A stretch of DNA of 64,000 nucleotides. Source: Phoronis australis. Lineage: Eukaryota; Animalia; Phoronida. The stretch is taken from positions 224,204-288,203 of the forward strand of contig NMRA01000134.1 in assembly GCA_002633005.1 (NCBI GenBank). The letters run 5' to 3'. Below are positions 1 through 11,600 of this stretch, one piece after another. The stretch's first letter is position 1; each line of letters starts with the position of its first letter. The translations under genes were made by a program, and so were the position numbers. Under the pieces are notes generated by a model that was not told where the DNA came from, searched no databases, and worked only from the letters and a program-made list of their open reading frames with translations.

Positions 1-372
1 TGACACACTTAAAAACAAGTTTGAACTCATAGAAAATCCTAGTAATTCCAAATATTACGCAATCGTTATTTGATAATGAAACGAACAAATAATAAACGCT
101 GTACCATGTTTTATTAGGGTAACGATGACATATTATCAAACTCATTTACATAGAAATAGTCTCGCAAAACTAGACTTTCACGATTGTGATGGTAACTGGT
201 TCTTCGATGGTTTCCAGCACACCGGAAGTCCAGGGTTGTTTGTAAACTAGTACTTCATTTGCATGTGCACAATTTAATGAGACAAAGTATCTTTAAGTGA
301 AGTGGCCGGACTATCTTGGAAGCCGGGTGACTTCAACAGAAGTCGGTTCTCCAATGCTAATAATACAAAATC

Positions 373-1005
373 GTGCTTGAGTTTGAATACCAGCGTTTTC
401 CGTTTTCAGCAAATGAGTATGTTTGCGAATGCTTGAAGCGTTTTACTAACAAAACGAGCTACAAGAGACATAAGCGAGAGAAACACGGAGAGCGTTACCC
501 ATTCAGCTGCTGCCTCTGCCCAGAAGTCTTCCACACCACGTGCAGTCTCGAAGACCACGAGAGAGTGCGACACAATGCTCCAAAGTTGAAGTGTCAACAC
601 TGTCCGAAGACATTTGCCAGTGCTAGGGGATTGAGTGAACACTTACACAGCCATACGCCAACCAAGTACAACTGTAACGAGTGTAGTAGAAGCTTTGACA
701 ACAGAGCCTATCTCCGTAGACATGTTGCATCGCATCAGCGCGTGGAATGTCCAGTTTGCTCCAAGTCGTACTCCAGGCCTCAGCATTTGAAAGAACATAT
801 TTCGGCAGCCCACTCTTCGAAGTTATTTGGATGTCCCATGTGCCCATTTGAGACGCGTCACGAGCGTTCTATAACACGACATATTAGCAGGCACACTCGG
901 ACTAAAAAGCATGTTATTTCTAAAGTGGGCAGGAAAACAGCCGCAGAGAGTACCTCGCTCCACAACAGAGTACATGCAAAGACAACACTAAATCTACCGC
1001 CATAA
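373..1005 (+). CDS. C2H2 zinc-finger protein, probably the terminal coding exon (real exon likely starts at 410)
   Basis: Six tandem fingers (CEC..HKREKH atypical, CCLC..HERVRH, CQHC..HLHSH, CNEC..HVASH, CPVC..HISAAH, CPMC..HISRH). The ORF starts at GTG, and a pyrimidine tract plus AG (ttttccgttttcag) ends at 409. ATTAAA lies at about 1046. Confidence 0.85.
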   Translation: MLEFEYQRFPFSANEYVCECLKRFTNKTSYKRHKREKHGERYPFSCCLCPEVFHTTCSLEDHERVRHNAPKLKCQHCPKTFASARGLSEHLHSHTPTKYNCNECSRSFDNRAYLRRHVASHQRVECPVCSKSYSRPQHLKEHISAAHSSKLFGCPMCPFETRHERSITRHISRHTRTKKHVISKVGRKTAAESTSLHNRVHAKTTLNLPP

Positions 1006-2409
1006 CAATTCTCCCACTTATGACCAAATAAGCTTTGGTGTCAATATTAAATTATGCACAGTTTATATTGAGTGCATATTACATTTACGCCAGATATGTC
1101 GCACTAGTTTTAGCGCCCAACCCCTGCTAAGTAGGGCACTATACAAATGGTTGTTTTATAGTGACAAAGAATTTCTTGATATTTCGGGCGTTGCGGAGTT
1201 TTAGTAGCTTGTATCAACGTTAGGCTTTTGAATAGAAAATAGAGAGTTTCGGCTACACGTGGACGACCGCATTTGAACCTGTAGGGCGAAGCTCTATTAC
1301 ACACCTGGCATACATCCTGGCTGGTGTATGCGTGTAAAAAACGACATGTAATATTCTGCTGCATTACAGGTGATGACAGAAAGATCCAAGCATTTAGCAG
1401 AATTTGAGTTCCACGATATAAAAGAAGGGCGTGCTTTCGAAACGGAAGTATCTTGCCGGCCTCTGTTGCCAGTGCATGAGTCGGCCATGCTTAAGGCTAC
1501 TTGTTATGACTGGTCAGTTGTAGTAATGCAGTTCTCTAGATATTTTGTTGTTGACACGTGATGCAATGACACTAGATTGACAGTTCTTGTTTTGCTGTGG
1601 CACTGACACTAGACTGACAGTACTTGTTTCGCTGTGGCATCTAAAACAATTTCCTCGTTTGTATTATACCTTCGAGAATAAAATATCATGTGCCTGTTTC
1701 AGTCGGTTCAAAACTATACCCGTTCTTCTAGTAGAACCAAGTATAGTCAAGTAGTTGCATCTTAAAAACTTCTTCTTTCAAAATATTTCAAATAAGAATC
1801 ATAATTGTAATGATGGCACAGTCTCACTGCGTTTCTTGCAAACATTCAGCCATCGACAGCCGTAAAAAGATGTAACGAAATCCCAGTGCTCCATTTAAGG
1901 TGCTTCTTGGCATAACCTGATTATTTTATAAGCCAGGGTACAAGAATGAAATATGCACTTGAAAATACGAAGTACGGTGGATATGAAACGAAAATTGTGG
2001 TCAAAACGGGGATTGCACAAAACCTCCGTCCTTTAACTCCTGTTCAGTTGTGACAGACATGCACCATGTAGTGATTTGCGCACACGGTCTGAGGGCGAGT
2101 TCTGTCTTTTTGGATCACGACTCAATTGATCCGGGGACCATAAACGTAGTAGTTTACGTAAGGGAGCGTTCACATGTCATTCAAAATTTGCTACTTTTTA
2201 CTCCTCCCTTCTGTCATCACCGATCATTATGACATAACTCTTCCCCGTCCAGCCTCTAACTAGGCCTACGTCATCACAGTCAAACCACCCTGTTTTTTAA
2301 GAGCCGACACTTCGTTGGAGATTCCGTCTTTACGATTCTAATGACAAACTAATCTCGCTTCATGATCATCTATTACATTTGCCGTTGTTGTATTCAACAA
2401 TGGGATTAA

Positions 2410-4029
2410 AGGAGAATGCCACCCAACCTTTTTTGTATCAATTTAGATCGAGTAGTTCCACTCGATAACAGCAAGTTCAGTTGTTTTACCTGACACCTAA
2501 CGGCAGACGGAGGTGCTGAAATTAACCAATGACGTAATCCGTTCGCCCGCAGTCTGTTCAGCCGTTCACAACACGCTAGTACTGGTGTCAAGTTATCGCT
2601 TGAATTCATCTTTTTACACCAATAAATCATCAAAATTCGATGTAAACCCCTTACATATACACCGAGCTTTTGAACAAACGTGTTGTCTTATTTCACTGTT
2701 ACGGATTTATATGTATTTGAACGTACCGTAGTCTACAGCGTTTGGGTCTGTTTGGTGATAAATTCGAATCGCTTTTCCGTGAAATACAGACGGGGGAACA
2801 TAGCTGTGTGTTGTACATTTAGACTTGCGATTTTTTTCAGTTCTAAACTCACAAAACGCGTGTTACTCCCCGCCAGTGGCTCGGAACCCGATCAGGCCCG
2901 TCGCGGCCACCGGGACTGGACATCACGAACATAAACCAGCTGAAGTTGGAAACGAAACCTCCAGTCACGAAAAGAGTGAGCCAAAGAAATAATGTGCACG
3001 TAATTATTTAGGTGAATCAGGCACGAAATTGAAAATCTACTTACTTGTCTGGGGGCCGCGAAGTCAGGTTTCTCTTCTATAGAACCGTCAGGGCAACGGT
3101 TGTACAGTAACAATGATTTGAATAATGTATTTGTATATCTAAATAAAGATTCCCCTAACATGTGACCATAGCTTATAAAATGGAGTTATTGTTTCACAAC
3201 AGTTTTCTGTCAGCAAACACTGAATTTGTATGTGCTCACACGGCCTCGGTGCCCGATCAATTACCTTTATTGCTTCTAAAGCCGGTAACGCAGTGGTTTA
3301 CTCATTGCTGGCTTCTCAAAACATTTGCACTCACGAATACTCCAAAATCATTACAAATTGTATCTAATGAGACAGACTTTGTTTCAGTTTTATATAAGCA
3401 TTGGTTAGGTTGAGAATAATTCATTTTGAAACAGAACGCAGAACAATACACGTCTACATGGCAACTCGCCCGTCGCCAATCCCGACTTGCTAGAGAGCTC
3501 ATCCGACGAAGACTTCACGGGTCGGATCGTTAGGTTTCACAGGCTATCAGTTTGAACAGGAATACACTGATCAAGAAATACTAGAGAGGGGCCGTGATCA
3601 TGCACAGGCAACGGAACGTATGGATAGTTCTTTGGTAAGCCGGAATTCGTCAGAGGAATCACTGTCGACGATATGCCGGCCACAGAGACGGACATATTTC
3701 ACGGCCTCATACTTGCTATTAACAGCGAACTTTTCATTCTTCAGTACCACGAGCCACTTCCTAAGCATTTCGGGCTCTCGTGAAAGTCGAAAAAACGATA
3801 CACCCGCTTTCTTCGCAGCTTCATATTTCGGGCAAGCGGAAACGATGTACCGCATTATAGCGGCATTCACTCTGCAGATGAACCACTGACGTTGCTGCGT
3901 CGTTTCTCACCTTCCTCACAGGTTAACGCGACACCTGTCGGCAAGGTGAGGTCGACCGTATAAGAGGCGATGTGGATATATACCGATTAAGACGGCAAAA
4001 TGGTTAATTAAATCGGGTGGCATTCTCCT
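2410..4029 (-). mobile_element. Non-autonomous Kolobok-like DNA transposon, copy 1
   Basis: 15-bp TIR AGGAGAATGCCACCC / GGGTGGCATTCTCCT. TTAA at 2406-2409 and 4030-4033. Contains a THAP ORF and is homologous along its length to 45286-47000 and 49244-50863. TTAA TSD, RR..YY ends and THAP are Kolobok hallmarks. Confidence 0.85.
3598..3870 (-). pseudogene. Degenerate THAP domain ORF in Kolobok-like copy 1
   Basis: ..ACP..GVSFFRLSREPEMLRKW..LCGRH pattern. The first Cys and the FP Pro are lost relative to the copy at 45461. Confidence 0.75.
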
Positions 4030-4784
4030 TTAAGTATGCCATTTCAATTATGAAACCAAAAGTGATGAATATTTTCATACCTAATTACGTCAAAGGTGTG
4101 ACAGATAGGGGGGAAAACGATATTTTAATAAGGGGCAGCTTTTTTATGCACCCACGCTTATATGCCTTCTCTTTCCGGCGTCCGCTGTTGTATCTTGTAA
4201 AAGCCTTACGGGCTCTTAATGAGATTTGCCACCGCCCAAAATTAACTTTATATTAAATTCAAGTTTATCTTAAAATAATGATGTTATGTTGAAAGAACGT
4301 TACTTGAGCTAAGGTTTCGAGTAAAATAGTTTGCGATAACAACCCTTTTATAAAATGAAGTGGGATGAGTACCTTTAGGAATAGTTCACTAACCTCCAAC
4401 TTTCTCGATTTATTTATTAGAATGCTCCCACCTCCAGAATATCAAGAACAGGAATAATCTAAATGTAGACAAAAAGGTACAACTTTCTTAATTTTCAAAA
4501 AGATAAAATTTCGATTTTCGCAAATAGCGCTACATTAATGATATTTGTGTAATGTTTTCTTCTGAACAGCTGTTGACTCTGAATTGGATACTTAAAAGTA
4601 TCCAATTCAGAGTTCTCATACTTACAACAAATTAGTGTGTGATTTACAGCCAATGTACAAAGTATTTCAGTATGTGTCATACGCATTCGAAAATACAGAC
4701 CAACAAGACTGTCTCTGTCCATTTTCAATTTTCTTATCACCTCACTTACGACAATTAATTTTGTGTGGCAGCCGCCAGACAATA

Positions 4785-5050
4785 AATACACAAAACGTAC
4801 TGAGAGTGGCGTAGATCAATGAGCTATATCAGGTATGTAGCTCAGTGCGTATATGAAGTAATATCCCACGAGGCATTACTCGACCTTCGGTCTCGGTCGA
4901 TACGCGGAATAATGTCGAGTTTTTATCTTATACGCTTCGAATTCCTAAGTTTCTTTTATTTCACTTCACTCAGAGTGTTCACATGGCGGATCACATCCTA
5001 TATGTATGTACTTGCACGTTAGGTTACAAGTTTTCTCTAGGAAAAGAAAC
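4785..5050 (+). repeat. Dispersed repeat family A, partial copy
   Basis: Shares blocks such as GGCGGATCACATCCTATATGTAT and CTTCGAATTCCTAAGTTTC with 6705-7445 and, inverted, with 20060-21612. Confidence 0.75.
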
Positions 5051-5879
5051 TGTTGTTACAAAACAGCCCGGCTGTTACCAAACAAGGCATACAGTTGAGT
5101 GAAGTACGTATCTTGTGTAGCTTTGAGTTAGAGACTTTGAGTGTAACCAGAAATAAACCCAGCGAGATAAGTGTATCGTTGCCATGTTTTTTTTTGTAGT
5201 GGTTGAACTAGGAATCTAGCTGAATTCCAAAACTTGTTACCTCATCCACGGACAATGTACGTTCAAGGTACATGCAGACAAAATTCCTTTGACCTACAGC
5301 CGAAGTATACAACTGACAAATTTTTACACCGTAGGTATGCACTGATTTTCAATAAATAGGTCCATTACAGGTTAATGTTATCCGTTTTTGTGCCACCATG
5401 ATGCCAAAGGGAAGGGGTTGGAGTTATAACTGAGAATATTGGTTTATTACCCTCATAGTGGAGGGGCTGAGCAGTACAGTATAGGCATAGGAACCATTTG
5501 ATGGTTGAAGGATGGGGAGCCAATCTATTCCCTTTTCAATTTTATTTTAAAACATAGTTTACGTGTCGAAACTTAATAATGAATCATTGGTTAATTGACA
5601 TTTATTGACAAATGCAATATTGGGTGCCCCTAAACATTTTGTCTGCTCGGGCGCTCTGAGCATCAGGGAAAGGAATATTTTGAAACCAAATAAAACATTG
5701 GCTTACCATGCAAATATGAAATTGGCACAATAAATAAAATGCATAAATTCCATTGTTCTTTCCAGTAAGAACAAAATATGTCAAAGGAAAGGGGAATGCT
5801 CAAAACTGTTTCAGACCATGGGGTGCATCACGGGACAACAATCGAGATATTTTGTACAAAAATGAGACAATTTTCAACA

Positions 5880-6080
5880 AGCTGATCGATAAGTGATATT
5901 TTTCAAAATTTAATACATGTTGTGTCGCCTTGTGTGGCATTTATCATCACAGGCAGGGCTCTGGCTGGAAAAGCAAATTGAGCCCTCAACATCATAGCTA
6001 ACACTTGAAGTTGATAGAATTCACAAACTTGCGTTTGAGGCTCTTATTAAAGCTCGTGGTCCATTGTGTGGTGATGGAAA
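5880..6080 (-). pseudogene. Possible decayed Helitron/PIF1 helicase C-terminal remnant
   Basis: Minus-strand peptides HNGPRALI and LRAQFAFPARALPVMINATQGDT resemble the PIF1-type motifs CNGTRLIV and RxQFPxxLAFAxTINKxQGQT. Highly degenerate. Confidence 0.35.
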
Positions 6081-6439
6081 GTCTTATTTGACTTGAAGTC
6101 ATTGGCTATGATTTACGTGCCGATTCATATTCTGTCATGTGATTGGAGGGGCCCAGCCCAAAGGCGCGGACTGAAGAACAAAGATGTTTGTATTATGATA
6201 GGGAGCCTCACCTAAAGTCAGTCAAAAAGCAGACCAATTATGCAATTTTACGGGACCCCACGAGAAGATGGATGAACACTGGGACCCCTCGTAATAGTCA
6301 GGGGCCGTCACCAATGGTAGTCAAACAGTTGCGCACCCTATACTAATGTTGGATATCCTAATAATGTAACGCACTTTGCTCTTCGGTGGCCTATAGACTC
6401 TGTGGCCCCCTTGAAGTGGGCTGGCTATTTTAAAATTGA

Positions 6440-6705
6440 CGGCCTCGCTCATCGGGCGGGGTCACTCATATTAATGTAGGAAACCTCGCCGGAAGACGGC
6501 CGGAGAGCGGGGCTCATACGGGGCCCCGATCTCCAGCCGCCTTCCGGCGAGGCCCCCCATATTAATATAGATGCCGCGCTCTCCGACTGCCTTTCGGCGG
6601 GGCTGTCCATATTAATATAGATGGCCCCGCTTTTGACGCCCGAAATTCAATTTCTGCCTGTGTCATTTTAATAAGAATAAGTCATTTTAAATAATAAGCT
6701 GTTAA
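6440..6705 (-). repeat. Fragment of a Helentron-type non-autonomous element (5' part with short tandem units)
   Basis: Reverse complement of 12726-12960 (AACAGCTTATT..TTAAAATGACTTATTCTTATTAAAATGACA, then repeated ATATTAAT..CCGGAAGG units). Confidence 0.7.
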
Positions 6706-7445
6706 CAGTTTTTAATGTAACGATTTATTACTTGAAAAGAGAAAACAAAGATGAAAACAAGGTAATTGAACTTGTAACATTTCCTGAAATAGTGGGTCAT
6801 TACATCATCTACGCCAATCGAAGTACGTTTTGTATTTATCCCATACGCTTCGAATTCCTAAGTTTCTTTCATTTTTCGGCAGATTTTTTAAATATTACAC
6901 CCAGACTGTTCACGTGGCGGATCACATCCTATATGTATATACTTGCGCGTTAGGTTACAATATTTCTCTAGAAAAGGAAAATAGAGTTTTAAATGTAACT
7001 ATTTCTTACTTGAATAGAGATAACAAAGATGAAAACAACGGTAATTGGGCATTGAACTTGAAACCTTTCCTGAAAATAGTTAAATAACAACAATATTTGA
7101 TATTGTAGTTACCGAGGAATCGGCGTCTGAGTTTCAGACGATATAATATTTAGCAGCTGAAAACTGAAACAGAAGTGTCATATAATTAACGGTTTTGAAC
7201 CAGATGTTACATTTGGGACCTGATTGCATGTCGATCAGTGTTATTTATATTGCTGCAATTGTATTACTTTAAACTATATTCGGAAAGTTTGATGATCAAA
7301 CCGGCTAACGACGTCGAGTCGACATTGACCTACATTCTGAACTTTCCATGCCAGAGGGCACTGTTGAAGTAGAACGGGAGGTGAATAAGGAAAACAATAT
7401 TACATGCCGTATTGCACTCGACTGATTCAGCGCGTATGGGATAAA
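6705..7445 (+). repeat. Dispersed repeat family A, long copy with internal duplication
   Basis: Inverse homologue of 20930-21612 and 53985-54420. Inverted motif TTTATCCCATACGC at about 6835 and about 7432. Confidence 0.75.
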
Positions 7446-7561
7446 AAAAAAATTCAACACTTCAAAATGGCACTATTGGTCTCAAGCTCTAATAATAGCA
7501 GGTGTCAGTCCAGGGCTAGAGTTCTTTGTCCGAGGTGAGCAAACTCGCAAAACCGGTTGTT

Positions 7562-7567
7562 TATAAA
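7562..7567 (+). promoter_or_regulatory. Candidate TATA box of the secreted-peptide gene
   Basis: TATAAA about 100 bp upstream of ATG 7665, which sits in an AAACATGA context. Confidence 0.35.
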
Positions 7568-7664
7568 TAAGGCGTAACATCGTAACCACGCCTACACGCG
7601 AATGCCAATAAAATGCAACTTGAGAGCAACAATTCTAGACAGAGCGAACAAATCTCACTGAAAC

Positions 7665-7881
7665 ATGAAAACAACAAAGGTACTGTTGGTATTGGTTTTT
7701 ACCCTGTTCTGTGCTAGTCACGTTAGCTCGCAATGGTGGGGATTTCCGTGGCCTCCGTTGACTGACGACAGATTTGGACCCCTACCAAAGGCACTACGAC
7801 CAAAACGTCATCAACCGAAAACAAGTGTTCTGCTGAAACCAGCACCAATTCTCAACACCCGCCGAAAACCTCCACTGGCGT
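7665..7881 (+). CDS. Probable first coding exon of a small secreted Trp/Pro/Lys/Arg-rich peptide precursor
   Basis: Signal peptide MKTTKVLLVLVFTLFCASHVSS, then QWWGFPWPP.., with KR and RRK basic sites. Donor-like GTAAGA at 7882, just before the ORF runs into an AAT microsatellite. Confidence 0.55.
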
Positions 7882-7916
7882 GTAAGAATTTTATTTCAAT
7901 TATCATCAAAGATTTC

Positions 7917-7917
<1 letters not shown>

Positions 7918-7961
<44 letters not shown>
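7918..7961. repeat. (AAT)n microsatellite
   Basis: About 14 perfect AAT units. Confidence 0.95.
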
Positions 7962-7962
<1 letters not shown>

Positions 7963-8614
7963 GTGTTTTCTCTGTTAGTTCGAGTGCACTCTATTAGTTC
8001 GTACAGGACCCTTGAAACATGGCTTTTGTCTCCAATAGTTCGTACAGTGAGCGTCTGAGGGAAAAATAGTTCGTACACATATTTGCTTCGGAAAAAATAA
8101 TTCGTACAAGCTTTTTGGATCGGTAGAATGGAAATTTTCATTCTTATAAAAGAACACAAATCAATAAGCGCCAATTCTATTCAGGTGATCGGAATCCGTT
8201 ATTTGCTTTACTACGTTAGCAGAAAGCTCGAAAAGTCGTTTTTCAGATCGCCATTTTTGGCGACGGAAAAATGTGGAAATAGCGATAAGATTTTCCAGTG
8301 TGTCGCCAAATAGCGGTAAAAATGTGATAACAGTGGATTTTCCCAACAAGGTCCTGTTACCCTCAGATTAGTACTACACGAATAATTTTACAAAAGTGCG
8401 GAGACGCATTACTGTGCCGTACAGTAGTCTTGCTAGAGCTGATTCCGGTGACTGCAGTGGGCAGACGACAAGTGATTATACAGTGCTCCACTTGGATTGC
8501 AACTACTCTCACGTCTGGTGGCGAAGTGCGCGCATGCAATCTTCACGTGTTGCAGAGGCTCCATCATGAGGATTTAAACTTTTGGCCACAGTGGTCCCGT
8601 GACATGAGTAAAAC

Positions 8615-11600
8615 CACCCCGGCCAACCCGCGATCGAGAACGACCGGAAGACGATCGAGAACGAAATTTATTGCGAGAAGCGAAGCCAGGCAAGGTGAGT
8701 AAATTTGATGAATTTACGTTGTTTTTAAACTTCCAATGTGAAAACACAGGCATGAGTTCAAGGCGTAACACATTGAGGAAGGGCAGGTAGAGGTTTAGGC
8801 TAGTGTCTATTCCAATTATTGGAGAAAAGTGACGTTGAACGAGGCATTGCTTGAGTCAAAGGTGCTTTGCACGTCATTTTGGCAAATTGCTGTTATTTTT
8901 GGCACTAAATCAATAAATTGACCATGAAGTTATGAAGAAATGACTTGTGAAAATATAACATAACGCTTGTTTTTCATAATTTTGTCAGGATCTCTGATTT
9001 TTCGACACTTTTCTGTTGAAAGATGCGATCGAGAACGCAAAGATAAGCGATCGGAAACGCAAATTTTTGTTTTGTTTATGCGATCGAGAACGCATCGTGG
9101 TGTGCCGAACAGTTATGAACTTTTTACTTATAAAACGTGAAAAGAGTTACAAAATAAGTGTGGTGCAATGAATTAATCACATTTTGCGTCATTACTTTGT
9201 TACTTTCGTATACTAAACAATATCATAACATTAGCATTAAATCACAGCGACTACATGTACATCAAGCACTATTTTAGTTATAGCTATTTTCACAAATGAA
9301 TTTATTTTCATTTCAGGAAACAAGTTCACTGCTATTATTGTGAAGCGAGCTTCAACGAACAGGTTAATCTGGGCGTGAAAGTACACCCTACCAGGGTTTT
9401 GTAATACAGACACATAGTTTTAGACGAAATCAAGGGGTTCTAAACAAAGCCTCACCCAGCAATTGTTCACTGTGGCGTGTAAGCCAGAAGTAAACAAATT
9501 GTTGATGAAGATGAAAGCGAGTGTCGAATCTTCTTGCAAGATTGTGATAGCAAAAGGAAAAAAAAAACAAATACGCCAGTGAAATCAAAGAATGATGATG
9601 AGCGTGCCTGTGGAGAGCGAGAAGAGTGCGGCAACACCATTCGTGATGTGATTCAAAGATTACCGCTCATGAACGTCTAGGATTTAAAAAAATGCCAGAA
9701 ATGGTGTTAACTGTTTCACTGATAAAACGGGTGGTATTTTGTTTCATGTTTTACTGATATTATGATACAGAGATGAACAGATTGACTTGTGGCACAGGTG
9801 TGGCTTGGATATACATTATATAGTACCTTTTGTTTGACTCTTCTGTTTTGTAGTCTTGGTCCTGAGTGCATCTTCAGTTCATGATCTCCAGTTTAATGTG
9901 TCATTGAAAAAAAGTTATAGTACACATACTATTTTGNTGGAGAGCGAGAAGAGTGCGGCAACACCATTCGTGATGTGATTCAAAGATTACCGCTCATGAA
10001 CGTCTAGGATTTAAAAAATGCCAGAAATGGTGTTAACTGTTTCACTGATAAAACGGGTGGTATTTTGTTTCATGTTTTACTGATATTATGATACAGAGAT
10101 GAACAGATTGACTTGTGGCACAGGTGTGGCTTGGATATACATTATATAGTACCTTTTGTTTGACTCTTCTGTTTTGTAGTCTTGGTCCTGAGTGCATCTT
10201 CAGTTCATGATCTCCAGTTTAATGTGTCATTGAAAAAAAGTTATAGTACACATACTATTTTGTGATTTTCATAACAACGTAGTTAAAATGTTGTCTTTAA
10301 CATCACTTCAAGACACAATGTAGTGATTACACAGGAAATCAACAACAACAACAACAACAACAGCATTAAAGCAATTCTATAATATTATTAGCCTTTTATC
10401 ACACATATCTCAAAATTGGTCATACAGAAAAAAGATATAAAATATTGCTTTAGGGAAATCAACATTACAAATCCAGTGTACATTTTCTGCGAATTATTTT
10501 TGGAATGTGTTAGACTAAATCATCACTGAATCATAGACAATCTATTTCGGACCAGTTCATAGTACAAAATTCTCTCACATTAAATCAACAACAATATGAA
10601 AACAATTTCTACAATTATGGCAGACATATAGTTTTCTATTAAAATTCTAATTGTTCATAACAATTGTATGCATGTATCACTCAATGACACATAGTATGGC
10701 CATTTAAATGTACCCAAACACTACAAAAATGCAATGGTTCTGTTAAAGGTTCAAAACAAAACATCAAAATAGTATCACATCAGACAACTGCCAACCATAA
10801 ACTCTGTAAATCTGAATAAAGTTTCGTGACTTAACTTTCACTACTGGACTGAATAATTTTATTCATTGCGATTCTGATTCTCATGTCTGTAGAAGGAGGC
10901 ATACTCTTTGCATGACACATTCACAACAACAACGAGTGTCCTCAGGCTTAATCTTTAAGTTTCCCTCAACATTGATCGCAGATAGGGCACTGAATCAACT
11001 TGCTTCCTGAGCACTATGCTTCATTTTGTGTTTTCTTGTGCGGTAAAAAAATCTTGCCCCATGCAACACGGGGCTGATAAAGGTCTTGCTTGCGGCTGAG
11101 TGTCACTGTGTTTTATTGTCATGTGGTTATACAAAAAAGGTTGCTTCCTGAACGAAGCTCCACAACACATATGCATGCACAGCCCTTTGTCACATGCAAC
11201 AGTTGTGCTATTCTTTTTGAAGGCGTGTACGTTAACGCTCTGAAGGACTCGTCGCGTGGCTACAGCTCAACTGAAAAATCAAACGCATTTAATCATATTT
11301 GTGATTTTAAATCTCACACAGAAATCATGAAAAACGGTGAAAGTATAACACACAATCGACCCGTCAACTAATTCATGTTCGTATTATTCCAAAATTATTG
11401 ATATAATACCGTAACTTGAACGATTATTCAGGAAAATGCAGAGAAAAAAATGTGCGTTCACGATCGCATTTTTTGAGTTCACGATCGCCATGGACAATTA
11501 ACTGCTTCGTTCCCGAACGCCGTCTCACACAAGGACCTACTTGTATCGGTAGATATCTTGAATTTTTCCACAAATTCTAACTAACAACGGTGTCATCAGG

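Noticed and set aside
1110-1561. Small ORFs next to the zinc-finger exon as compact viral or Polinton genes
   Set aside because: They are short and overlapping, with no recognisable motif or supporting signals.
2406-4033. piggyBac assignment for the TTAA-flanked family
   Set aside because: The termini are AGG...CCT rather than CCY...RGG, and the element carries THAP, which fits Kolobok.
7882-8174. Poly-Asn and poly-Ile ORF segments
   Set aside because: These are translations of the (AAT)n microsatellite.
9611-10262. Apparent 326-bp tandem duplication inside the CAC element
   Set aside because: The near-identical copies abut a single N, typical of an unmerged contig overlap. The true element length is probably about 3.0 kb.
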